Assembly: GCA_964016885.1 (NCBI GenBank)
Contig: OZ024743.1
Location: 160,518,001-160,582,000, forward strand
Length of the DNA stretch: 64,000 nucleotides
DNA from: Eledone cirrhosa
Lineage: Eukaryota
Direction: 5' to 3'
Part shown: positions 14,638 through 26,432 of the stretch, in pieces
Position numbering within the stretch: position 1 is the stretch's first letter
How the letters are laid out: each line of letters begins with the position of its first letter
Position numbers and translations under genes: made by a program
The notes under the pieces: generated by a model
What the model was told of the DNA's origin: nothing
The model's input: the letters and a program-made list of their open reading frames with translations, nothing else
Database searches by the model: none

Positions 14638-14699
14638 TTTTATTATATATATTTCGAAAGTACTGTGCTGTTTTTTCAGTACTTCCTCGTCAGATAAAA
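14638..14699 (-). ncRNA. Type I hammerhead ribozyme in a short island between (TA)n tracts
   Basis: Minus strand: ttttat CTGACGA ggaagtactg-loop-cagtactttc GAAA tatata TA ataaaa. 6-bp stem I, 10-bp stem II. Confidence 0.88.
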
Positions 14700-14775
14700 T
14701 ACATGAATTGATGTATGACATACCTCAACGGTCTTTATGGTTCAATTCCAGTATTGGCAGTTGAACCATATATAC

Positions 14776-14916
<141 letters not shown>

Positions 14917-14957
14917 CATATATATATATACATATATATATATACATATATATATAC

Positions 14958-15077
<120 letters not shown>

Positions 15078-15109
15078 TTATATATATACATATATATATA
15101 TATATTTAT

Positions 15110-18083
15110 ATGTTTCAGCCCATTCATCAATGCACAGAAATGGAAGATCTAATTCATAGAGGATTGGGTTGGTAACCATCCATTTCACATCTCCTTCTTC
15201 ATTCTTACTGAGACCCACCTTGACAACTCCCACTTGGGGGGCCGAAGTAAGAGTGAGAAATTTCACAACCATCCATGCAGATCTTGTTGGCAAAAGGAAG
15301 GATGGAACTGCCATTTTCCTGGATGATTCCTCTACTGCAGATGGTAACACAACATTCTCTAATGGATACTGTGAATCAGTCACTGTGCACAATAAAGCCA
15401 ATGACCTGATATTAGTTGGGCTCTATAGGGCACCACAAACACCCATAATCTGCTTCAAAGAATGCCTCAACAGTATTAAATGTTTTATAAACAGTGCCAT
15501 TCTAGCAACATACTCTTGATGGGAGACTTTAATCTACCCTGTGTCGATTGGTCTACATGTAGTTTGAAACCAGGCTCCACAGCCTCAACCACTGACAAAG
15601 AAGCAGTCAAGTTACTTCTTGGCTTCCTGAATGAGTTTTTTCTTGTTCCAACTTGTCCTTGCACCAACGAGGCATCAGAATAACATTCTGGATCTAGTGT
15701 TTAGTAACCACTCTAACACTATACATAATATTACAGTGGAAAAAACCCTTCTCTCAGACCAAGACATGTTTCTTTGTAACCTGAGATTCCACCAGCCGAA
15801 AGCTAATCCCAGGGTCCTCTTTCCAGCCCACCCATTTGATAACATGATCTCTACAATGCCAACTGGGATGCAATTATAAACGAACTATCACATGTCGACT
15901 GGTATTTTACACACGCACACACTTCCACCAACATCAAAACACCTTGGCAGATCTTTGTAGACACTGTCACAAATATATGTACAAAACACACCACACCAAA
16001 ACCTGTTAAGAAAACCAAGGGCAGTATCCCCCAAAACAGAAAAAGAATTATCAGAAAAATAAAAAGAACAAACAAAGAAATTAACACTAAAATACTGCCA
16101 ACAGCAACACACACGTTCGATGGCTATCGCCCTGCTTGAGTAAAAAAAATATAACCTCCAGCAATGCATGATGACCATCATCAATAACCAGAGAATAGCT
16201 GAAGAGAGGGGGGCTATTAAGAAAATCAAACTCAACCCCAAAGTGTTCTTTTCATTTGCTAAAAAAACACAAGGTTACCGTCTCCACTGTTGGCCCCCTA
16301 GTTGATGAAAATGGCACTCTCCAAGACAATGCCAATACCATGGGCGAGATACTGCAGAAACAATACTGCTCTGTTTTCAGCAATCCCGATATGGCCGATC
16401 TGGGCCGTATCAGTGATGTTAATCCCCAACACACTATATCAGACATAAGGTTTGGCGCCCCTGATGTCTTAGCGGTAATAAACGAAATTAAACATAATTC
16501 AGCAGTTGGCCCCGACAGGTTCCCTGCTTGTGTCCTGAAGGTGTGTCGACACCAAATTGCATCTCCTATTGCTAATCTGTGGGGGAACTCACTGGACACT
16601 GGCTATATTCCTGAAAACTTTCTGTCCCAGTCCGTTATCCAAGTCTTCAAAAAGGAAAATAAGTCCCTTGCAGTGAACTACCGTCCGATCTCACTCACCT
16701 CTCATATTATCAACGTATTTGGTGGTGAGATCACGAATAACCCACTTTCTTGAAAGCAAAAGCCTGCTGAACTCCAACTAACATGGGTTCCGTAATAGAA
16801 GGGACTGCCTAACGCAGCTCCTGCATCATTTTGACGATGTTTTTAGAGCCTTGGGTGAGGGCTGATGTCATCTACTTTGATTTCAGCAAGGTCTTTGACA
16901 GGGCTGATCATAAGATTCTGCTAAAAATTTTATCCGATGTTGGTGTCTCTGGAAGGTTACTACAGATCAAATCATGTTTTAGTCGAAGGAGTAAAATCAA
17001 GCCCTGCCAAAGTCAGCTGTGGCGTCCCACAAGGCACTGTGTTGGCCCCACTTCTTTTCATCATCTACATTAATGGCATTACTGACATCATCAAGCACAG
17101 CAACATAAGAATCTTTGCAGATGATTCCAAGCTCGAAAGGGTCATCAAGGTGGTGAGTGACCGGACTTGCCTTCAGTCAGACCTATGGCTGTTATCCAAT
17201 GGGCAGAAATGAATAATATGCTGATGAATGAGGATAAGTTTGAATTAATCCACTTTGGAAATCAGGATGCCTTGAAACTACTGTAGTCTCTTCCTTCGGG
17301 TGAAACTCTAGTGGCATCCAATAACATCAGAGACCTGGGAGTAATTGTGGACAACAACATAAGCTGGGCCACTCATATAAACAGCAAAGTTGATATGGCC
17401 CACAGAATGTGTTCCTGGATTCTCAGAACTTTCCAGTCGAGAGATATCCACACTATTATCCTTCTATTCTCCACTTTTGCCCGATCCCACCTTGAATAAT
17501 GTTGTCCACTGTGGTCACCCCACACGAAACAGAGTATCATGAAAGTAGAAGCACCCCAAAGGTCAATTACAAAAAAGATAGATGGTATGACAGGCCTTGA
17601 TTATTGGAGTCGATTAGAAAGGCTCAACATTTATTCTCTCCAACGTCGCCGTGAGCGCAATATTATCTGCATGATGTGGAAAATATTCCAGCAGCTTTTC
17701 CCAAATGAGTTTGGCATCATCTTTAATGTACACCCAAGGCTTGAGCCCCGTGCTATACGCCGACAACAAAAATATCACTCGCATCTCATAACAACAATAC
17801 GGCACAATTATTTCACCTCAATTGGACCTGCACTCTTTAACATTACACCAAAACACATCAAAGCAGAGACAGACCCCATCAAGTACAAGAAGTCTCTGGA
17901 TAAATTCCTTCAAGAAATCCCGGATAAGCCTCATACACCCGGATATGCCTCCGTAAACAATAACTCTCTGCTCGAGTAGGCCATGGTGCCCAAACACTGA
18001 TTTGTAAGACTTCGCCAGGGGGTGCTATTAAGTTAGACATGGCCTGGGCCAATACTGGCCGAGACCTATCAAATTATCAAAGT

Positions 18084-18085
<2 letters not shown>
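15110..18085 (+). mobile_element. CR1-group LINE ORF2 (APE plus RT), decayed and 5'-truncated, between (TA)n tracts
   Basis: Fragmented ORFs carry GLYRAP, MGDFNLP, ILDLVFSN, GPD, NYRPISLTS, DFSKVFD, GVPQGTVLAPLLF, FADDSKL, RDLGVIVD, YSLQRRRER and IPDKP..GY. Confidence 0.9.
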
Positions 18086-18115
<30 letters not shown>

Positions 18116-18131
18116 CATATATACATACATA

Positions 18132-18235
<104 letters not shown>

Positions 18236-18526
18236 ACATAAACAGAGAAAGCCTTAAGCGAAACTCCGACCAACTCCATCTCACTCAACAGACATTAGGA
18301 TATATTTAAGTATTATCCCAATTTAGTGTTTGGGTGCTAGCTAATCAGTATTTCGTGGATAATTGGTTGTATTTAAATATCTCATTTCTTCCAGACGGCC
18401 GTTTCGTTATAAGATTTCTACAATTTGGGATAAGTAATTTCCAGGTTATGTAGAAACTGTTGAGTGCTTTTATATCAGTTATAAAATATTTACTCGTTGT
18501 AACCCAACGATCTTAAATAAAACTTT

Positions 18527-18597
<71 letters not shown>

Positions 18598-18647
18598 ATA
18601 TATATATATATGTATATACATAAATATATATATATATATATATATAA

Positions 18648-18714
<67 letters not shown>

Positions 18715-18739
18715 TATATATATATAAATATATATATAT

Positions 18740-19191
18740 ATATGAATGTATATATAGTGTATTTTGCAATACACTGTATGCTTAATAAAAAGCATTTTGA
18801 AGACCTTATGCTATTGTTTTAGAGTAGTGACAGACTCACTTACTTTAATTTCAGCAAACAGGGGGAGATAAAGCTGACAAGGGCTTGTTTCTGCATTTAT
18901 TGATGCTTATCAAAGCCAACTACTCCTCCCGTTTGCTGAGAACCTGGATGTTTTGGTTCTTATAGAATTCTAGTAAATAATCAGGAACTGATTATACAGA
19001 GCGATTGCCGGTCAAGCAGAAATTAAAAATTAGAATTGTTGCTCTGAAATAGCTATATACATATGAATGTCACTACTCTAAAACAATAGCATCAGGTCTT
19101 CAAAATGCTTTTTATTAAGCATACAGTGTATTGCAAAATACACTATATATACATTCATATATATATAGCTATTTCAGAGCAACAATTCTAA

Positions 19192-19200
<9 letters not shown>
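18740..19200. repeat. Nested inverted-repeat island in (TA)n
   Basis: 18740-18831 is inverted at about 19068-19160, and 19021-19070 at about 19150-19200. Internal hairpin at 18851-18939. Confidence 0.75.
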
Positions 19201-19229
<29 letters not shown>

Positions 19230-19230
<1 letters not shown>

Positions 19231-19533
19231 GTAGGAGGTGAGTTTTATTGTAGTACAATAAAGCAATGCAGATATCGGATAAGAAGCACTCTACAATGTG
19301 TAGGACTGGAGTATACATAATATATAAGATCAAAAGATGGTTAAAGGAGTTCCATGTATTTTATTATGCGCATTTATGTTGATTTAAAACTGCACTATCC
19401 ACAAGTGTTTTTTAGCCTTCATATCATGTCCTCCTGTTTTATCTGATGAAAACACAAATATTATTGCATGATGATGTTTGTTTTTGAAATGCGCATAATA
19501 AAATACATGGAACTCCTTTAACCATCTTTTGAT

Positions 19534-19541
<8 letters not shown>
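19230..19541 (+). mobile_element. ~310-bp ORF-less HHR hairpin element, copy 1
   Basis: Inverted arms at 19321-19375 / 19487-19541 plus a tail at 19230-19320. A second copy lies at 22617-22921. Confidence 0.85.
19437..19503 (+). ncRNA. Type I hammerhead ribozyme
   Basis: ttttat CTGATGA [long AU/GU-rich stem II] GAAA tgcgca TA ataaaa. Palindromic stem III. Confidence 0.85.
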
Positions 19542-19574
<33 letters not shown>

Positions 19575-19643
19575 TATGAAGAGAGAAGAAACATTTAGGT
19601 ATAATTAGTAATAAAATGTATCATACCTAAACTGCTCCTAAAT

Positions 19644-19731
19644 TCCTCGACTACGTAGTTTCGTGGCATAAACAAAAACAATATATCAAAGATATAGAGT
19701 CCTTGCGAGGTCTGCCGACTCATCAAGAGGA
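19644..19731 (-). ncRNA. Type I HHR, U3 variant
   Basis: tcctc TTGATGA gtcggca..tgccac GAAA ctacgtag TC gagga. GUC triplet. Confidence 0.7.
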
Positions 19732-20234
19732 TACCTCATTTTACTAGTCTCAAGAACGCGTCTACACGACGTGAGAAAGAATCCCAAAAGGCGGAGGGGG
19801 AGATAGTCACGCGATATAACGGTCGAGAAACAGAGCTAAGCCTCTTATAACCACGAAGAAAATACCACGGAGGCGGAGGGGGTATTCATATCGAGGCCGT
19901 AGAAGAGGTAGTGAAGAAGGCGAGAAGTATGAGTAATGGAAGCTTTCCAGTTGTCCCCACACTTCAAAGATTGCTCGACCAGAGGGAGTTATTAAAATAT
20001 TTAGAAACACACAGATACATGCGGACACACACATATATACATGAATGCATCCGCACCCAACTGTGAGTTAAGGGTGCCAACTTCACCGATGTTGCTCAAT
20101 GAATGACTGGGACAGACCAATTCAATTTGAACCAGACTGAACCAGTATCAGAGTTAAAAATACATTATGAAGAGAGAAGAAACATTTAGATATAATTAGT
20201 AATAAAATGTATCATACCTAAACTGCTCCTAAAT

Positions 20235-20322
20235 TCCTCGACTACGTAGTTTCTTGGCATAAACAAAAACAATATATCAAAGATATAGAGTCCTTGCGAG
20301 GTCTGCCGACTTATCAAGAGGA
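20235..20322 (-). ncRNA. Type I HHR, U3:A8 variant
   Basis: tcctc TTGATAA gtcggca..tgccaa GAAA ctacgtag TC gagga. Position 11.1 is mutated in this copy. Confidence 0.65.
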
Positions 20323-20430
20323 TACCTCATTTTACTAGTCTCAAGAACGCGTCTACACGACGTGAGAAAGAATCCCAAAAGGCGGAGGGGGAGATAGTCA
20401 CGCGATATAACGGTCGAGAAACAGAGATGC

Positions 20431-20514
<84 letters not shown>

Positions 20515-20749
20515 GCATATATATATATATGCATATATATATACATATATATATACGTATATATATATATATATATATATATACATACATATATATATAC
20601 ATATATATATATACATATATATATACATACATATATATATACATATATATATATATACATATATATATACATATATAAAATATATATATATATATATATA
20701 TATATACTATTTTACTCTTTTACCTATTATATCTCCTTTACCTAGTATA

Positions 20750-22616
20750 TCTATTTATTTATTTATTTATACTTCTCTTAGGTCAGTGTTGTTTGTTTGG
20801 GTGTTGTTGTTATTCCAGTCATTCTTTCTGTTTATTCTTGGCCTTCTAAGTTCTATTTCACTGGCCTCTCTGATTTGCCTATCTGCTGGGTCATTTCTAT
20901 GTTTAGATATTATTCTAATTTCTATGTTGTCTATGTCACCGTTGTGTTGTTGTCTGGCATGTTCGTATAGTACTGACCCGTTTTTTCGTACTTTTAGTTC
21001 CCCCCAGTGTTGGTCTATCCTTTCACCTATGCTACGAGCTGTCTCGCCTATGTATGTTGTTGTCATGTTTCTGCAAGTACCCTCTGTACATCTTATGCTA
21101 TAGACTACGTTTCTAGTTTTACAGTTTATCCGGGGGTTTACCTTACATATGATACATTTCCTATTATACAGTGGGTTTTCTTAAAAGGGTAGGTTTTGTT
21201 GATCAGGGATTTTATGGTGGTTCCTGACGTTTCTACCACCTTAATCTTTAAGTGGGTCTTTCTTAGGGCCTTTGTACACTGGTTAGCTAATTTCCCTCCA
21301 GGGGTGGCGTCCACAAACATGACACTCTTGTATCTCTGGTTGTCGTACCATGAGGTGGCTTTCCCTATCTTATGTCTAGCCCTATCTAAGCTATTCCATG
21401 ATTTGCTCCTGTACAATGGGCAAATTCCTTTCATGTTAAGTTCTATGAGGGTCTTATACTTCTCCATGGCTCCTTCGTATACTCTGACTCTGTCTCTTTG
21501 GTTGAAGCCAGAGAACTGCATGCGGTTGATGAAGTGTTGGATGTGTGTTTCCATTTCTGTTGGGTCGCACATGCGGGACACATTCTACATCACTCGTACC
21601 AAATGTGCGATCAGAATATTAAACTTAGCACTACTGGACATTGCTGAGTTTTTGAGTATCAGGTATTTGGAGGCCATGGGTTTAGCATAGTGTGAGTGGA
21701 GAATTTGGGCTCTCTCGTCTATAGTGTTAATCCAGAGTTCCGTGTCTAATACAGGTAGTCTATTGTTAGGGTGTTTGGAAGGGAAGTCGATAGTTACAGT
21801 TATACTCTGGTGTATGGAATTAGCTATCTGCTGGATGATTTCCATTGTGCTACGTTCTAAATCAAACTTGTTAGTGCTCTCTAGTGGGGATGTTCTTATA
21901 ACTATATTGATATCGTCTACGTAACGAGAGTACATGATGAGGTCTATGGAGCTCTCATTAAGGAGATCTTTAAGTCTCCTTTCCCACCATACCATGAAAA
22001 GGTTGGCAACATCACCAGCTATGCTGACGCCAATGGCTGCTCTCTTATTTTGGGTGTAGATCTTCTCGTTGAACTTGAATATGTGGCCCTTTAGGGTAGT
22101 TTTGATACTAGCCCGATCATTGTTTTGGGGGGTCCGTATAGCTTTGGTCCACCCAATCCACCTTCCCATGGGAGTCTTTTTTGCCATTGAGGTTATGGTG
22201 GGGGTCTACCTCTTATGGGTCTACTAGGGCAGAAACGTCAGACACACACGCAAACGCATGCGCAAAGAAAACAAAATAAAATAAACAAACAATCAAATAA
22301 ATAAATAAATAAATAAATATTTAGACAGACTAAATAAAAATGGCGTAGACATACAATGTAACGGGAGGAAACAATAGAACCACTGACGATGTTGCAGATG
22401 TGCAACGAAAGAACTTTGATAAACTATATATATGTGTTTGTGTCTGTATTGTATCTGTATTATTTTTGACCGTCGGTCAGTCAATGGCAACATTGAGGAC
22501 GGAATAAACTAGATTACCGATATAAAAGACACAGAAGCGAAAAGCGAAAACCAACCAAACAGTGAGTGTGTTCTGTTATTAATTCTGGCAATATTACATA
22601 CATATGACCCTCCCCA
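20750..22616 (-). mobile_element. PLE: decayed RT-GIY-YIG with an inverted upstream pseudo-LTR
   Basis: ORFs 21585-22187 (AIGVSIAGDVANLFM, RYVDD, LPVLD), 21138-21581 and 20767-21066 ([14 protein letters not shown]). 22240-22616 is an inverted homologue of 12845-13210. Confidence 0.9.
22379..22420 (+). ncRNA. Minimal HHR core with weak stem I
   Basis: CTGACGA t gttgca-gatg-tgcaac GAAA gaac TT. The flanks acca/tgat pair imperfectly. Confidence 0.55.
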
Positions 22617-22917
22617 AGGTGAGTTTTATTGTAGTACAATAAAGCAATGCAGATATCGGATAAGAAGCACGCTACAGTTTGTAGGACTGGAGTATAAATA
22701 ATATATAAGATCAAAAGAGGGTTAAAAGAGTTCCATGTATTTTATTATGCGCATTTCATATGTTGATTTAAAACTGCACTATTCACAAGTGTATTTTAAC
22801 CTTTATATCATGTCTTCCTCTTTTATCTGACGAAAACAGAAATGTTATTGCATGATGATATTTGTTTTTGAAATGCGCATAATAAAATACATGGAACTCT
22901 TTTAACCATCTTTTGAT

Positions 22918-22921
<4 letters not shown>
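22617..22921 (+). mobile_element. ~310-bp ORF-less HHR hairpin element, copy 2
   Basis: Colinear with 19230-19541, including the inversion junction. Directly abuts the PLE pseudo-LTR. Confidence 0.85.
22821..22887 (+). ncRNA. Type I hammerhead ribozyme
   Basis: ttttat CTGACGA [stem II] GAAA tgcgca TA ataaaa. Confidence 0.85.
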
Positions 22922-23002
<81 letters not shown>

Positions 23003-23212
23003 GTATATATATATATGTATATATATATATACATATGTATATACATACATATATATATATATATACATACATATATATATATACACATATATATATATAT
23101 ATACATACATATATATATATATATACATATATATGTATATATATATATATATATATATACATATATATATACACACATATATATATACATACTTATATAT
23201 ATATATATACAC

Positions 23213-23261
<49 letters not shown>

Positions 23262-23275
23262 CATATATATTTATT

Positions 23276-23315
<40 letters not shown>

Positions 23316-23316
23316 T

Positions 23317-24760
23317 CGTTTCTGAATTTGTTTAGCAAGATTCTTTATCTGAAAACGTGTGTTGAAACCGATATTGTTATACTTTGGGAGGGTCATGTTG
23401 CCAATAAGAAACACGTCACCAGTAGCTTTCACTTCAATTTATAATAATAAATTTATAAATTTAGGAATTTATAAATTTCCCGTTGGTTGGTTGGTTCCAC
23501 AACCAGATGATTGTTTATATATTGTCAAAGTTCTTTCGTCACACATTATGTAACCTCTTCAGTGACTGGAGATTATTTTCGTTGTTTTTGTGCCTCTCCT
23601 TTGTTCTGTCCTACGCCATCTTGTTTTTGTATGGGTTGTGTCCTTAGTTTGCGCATGTGTTACATCCGGGTGTCTGTGTGTGTTTATATTTGTTTATTTA
23701 TTTGTTTATTTACATGTTAATTGTTTCTAATTTAGGCACAAGGCCAGCAATTACCCAGTGCATTACTGGTACTTTATTTTATCTACCCCGTAAGGATGAA
23801 AGGCAAAGTCAACCTCGGCGGGATTTGAACTCAGATCGTAAAGGGACGTAACTATGCTGGAAAGCATGGCGTCCGACCCTCCACCAATACTGCCAATCCA
23901 CCTGTTTGTTCTATGTGCGTGTGTGTTTTCATTTTGTCCTTAATTGTAAGTTGTGATGCTGCTGTTCCATTCATGTTTTCTATTTAATTTTGGTTGGAGG
24001 TCATTTGTGTTTATTGCTTCTGTGATTTGTCTCTGTGTGTAGATTCTATTTTTATTTCTATGTTCTCTAATTTACCCTTATGTTCTATTTTAGTATGTTG
24101 GTAGAGTACAGATGATTCTTTATTATCTTGAAGGTCTCGCCAGTGTTTATTTATCCGTTCCCCTATACTACGAGCTGTCTCACCTATGTACACTATATTC
24201 TTATCTCTACATTGTCCTTCAGTACATCTTATGCTATATACTACATTTCTAGTTTTACAGTTAATATGGGGGCTTAATTTACAGATTATACATTTCTTAT
24301 CTATATAGGGAGGTCTTTGAAAAGGGTATGTATTGCTAATAAGTGTTTTTATGGCGGTACCTGGTCTTTCTACTATCTCAATATTGAGTTTATGTTTATC
24401 TAGGGCCCTTCTAAATTTGTAAGCTAATTCACCTCTAGGGGCTGTATCGATGAACATTACACTCTGGAATTTATTGCTATCATACCATGAGTTTATTCTA
24501 TTAACCTTATTCCTAGTTCTTTCTATTCTATTCCAAAATGTGCGCCTATACAAGGGGCAGGTCCCATTTGTATCATTATTTACCATTTTTTCCCAATAGG
24601 TTCTGGCTCCTCTATATACTCTGATTTTATAATAAATTGGAGTGAAACAACCTGGTGCCTGTGTTTCCTATTGGGAACATGACTCTCCCAAAGTATAACA
24701 ATATCGGTTTCAACACACGTTTTCAGATAAAGAATCTTGCTAAACAAATTCAGAAACGAA
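23317..24760 (-). mobile_element. Truncated PLE with inverted termini and GIY-YIG fragment
   Basis: ORF 24011-24586 has CIICK, VYSIRC and YIGETARS. Ends 23317-23447 and 24630-24760 are inverted. HHR-like motif on the minus strand at about 23525-23566. Confidence 0.88.
23719..23902 (-). mobile_element. tRNA-derived SINE inserted into the PLE pseudo-LTR
   Basis: Near-identical to the units at 1562-2035. Confidence 0.88.
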
Positions 24761-24829
24761 ATATATATATTTATTTATAATACTAATAAGAATTAAGATG
24801 TCATGTCTGAAAGAATTTTTCATAAGGTT

Positions 24830-25155
24830 AACTATACTTTTCATCCTTACGGGATCAAAAAAATGAAGCATCGTTAACATACTGAGGTCGATTTAATCGA
24901 CTTTCTCCCCGCTAAATTACTGGCCTTGTGCCCATACCAGAAATCATTATTATTATTACCCCTCTCTCCTTAGGGCGGTGGATTGGCAGTGTCGGTAGAG
25001 GGTCGGACGCCATGCTTTGCCGCATACGGCCCTTTATGATCTGAGTTCTAATCCCGCCGAGGTTAACTTTGCCTATCATCCTTACGGGGCCGATAAAATA
25101 AAGTACCAGTAATAATTACTGGCCTTGTGCCAAAAGTAGAAACAATTATTATTAT
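24830..25155 (+). mobile_element. Partial older SINE followed by a full SINE
   Basis: Full copy starts ttagggcggtggattggcag at about 24970, with A/B boxes and an (ATT)n tail. Degenerate 3' half at 24830-24960. Confidence 0.8.
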
Positions 25156-25185
25156 CATCATATATATATATATGATAATAATAAT

Positions 25186-26430
25186 AATGATTTCATTTAT
25201 TGGCCACAAGGGCCGACATATAGGGGACAATACAAAAGACTGGGACAGTGGGGTTTTACAGAAAAATCGAGTAAACAATATGAATAACAATAACAAAGTA
25301 ACAAGAAAATTACAAGAAAAAATTCCCAAATAGGGGGATGACCACCCAGGGTTCGCTCAGGTACCCCACCAATCCTGAACGACCCAACGCTTCGAGGGCA
25401 CCCTGGAAGGGCACCATTTTCACCTCGTCAAATTTACCTACCTACAGCCGCATGACCAGAGAAGGCCCAGTCACACGGGCCATTCTCGCCACATTCACCC
25501 ACCTTTCAGCAAATGTACTGGGGGGGGGCACTTCTCTCTCCAACCTCACCTTCCTTTCCAGGTGAAACTTGAAGAAGTTGATGAGGGATTGGCCGAAGAG
25601 AAAAGTGTCTGTCTTCAGTCCTTTCAACCTGGTCCTCCATACAACATCTTTCGCTACTGCCACCAGACAGGAAAATTGCCTGCCCTTCCTGGCCAAAAGA
25701 AGACGGCGGGTCAATCTTCACTATGGACTCAGCCGATAGCCTGATCCGTTCTACACGCGACAACAGATGTTCAACATAACTCCACAAGTCAGTAATGCAC
25801 GGACACTGTACGAATGGGTGCAGAAGGGTTTCGTCGCTCTGCGCGTATCTCGGGCAGATCTGTCTGACAGCACTTCCGTGACTGTAGAGTTTGTCTCGAA
25901 CCGGCAGTGGCCCCTGGTAGCATTGCCAAGCGAGGGATTTTTGGAAATAATCCATCGTCCGCGGCTCGAAATTCCTCCAGTACAGACTGGTTAGTTCGAC
26001 TTCGTTGACTCCCAGAGACTCTCCGAGTGCGTCGTCGCACTTGCCCACCACTAATCCTCTATAGAACTCGAGAGTGGACGTTCCACTGACCACATTGCCA
26101 GCCTGGTAGAGGGCAGTGAGTGCCTGGCAACATTCCAGATGCCAGTCACCCAGTCTCGGTCTCTTCTTGACCCAGGACTGCCGCTCAGTCAAAGAAACGA
26201 GCTGCGGAAAGGCCCGTCTGACAAACGGCGATAACACCTGTTCACCGTTTAGGCAGAATATCTGGAGATGCCGCAGCCTCAGCGCGTACCTGTGCGTTAT
26301 TAGCCACACGGCATGCCCAGCTGTCCACGTAGAAGGTGCTGGCAGAAGATGGACCGCCTCACCAGTGGAACCTGACCCCTCCACAAGAATTTGAAGAGGC
26401 GCCGATCGAAGATGGCGAGGCGCGAAGGGG
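25186..26430 (-). mobile_element. Tx1/L1-clade LINE 3' end (left arm of an inverted duplication)
   Basis: ORFs 25506-26384 and 25442-25714 encode an ORF2 C-terminus (CP..ET..H.F.QC). 3' end GGCCAATAAATGAAATC plus (ATT)n. Confidence 0.85.
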
Positions 26431-26432
26431 CC

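Larger units (their letters stand above)
19571..20426 (-). mobile_element. Retrozyme-like tandem repeat, 591-bp unit, about 1.45 copies, 2 HHRs
   Basis: cattatgaagagagaagaaac at 19572 and 20163. No meaningful ORF; flanked by (TA)n. Confidence 0.85.

Noticed and set aside
18851-18939. Hairpin as a SECIS element or snoRNA
   Set aside because: Lacks correctly placed AUGA/AA/GA or box motifs on either strand.
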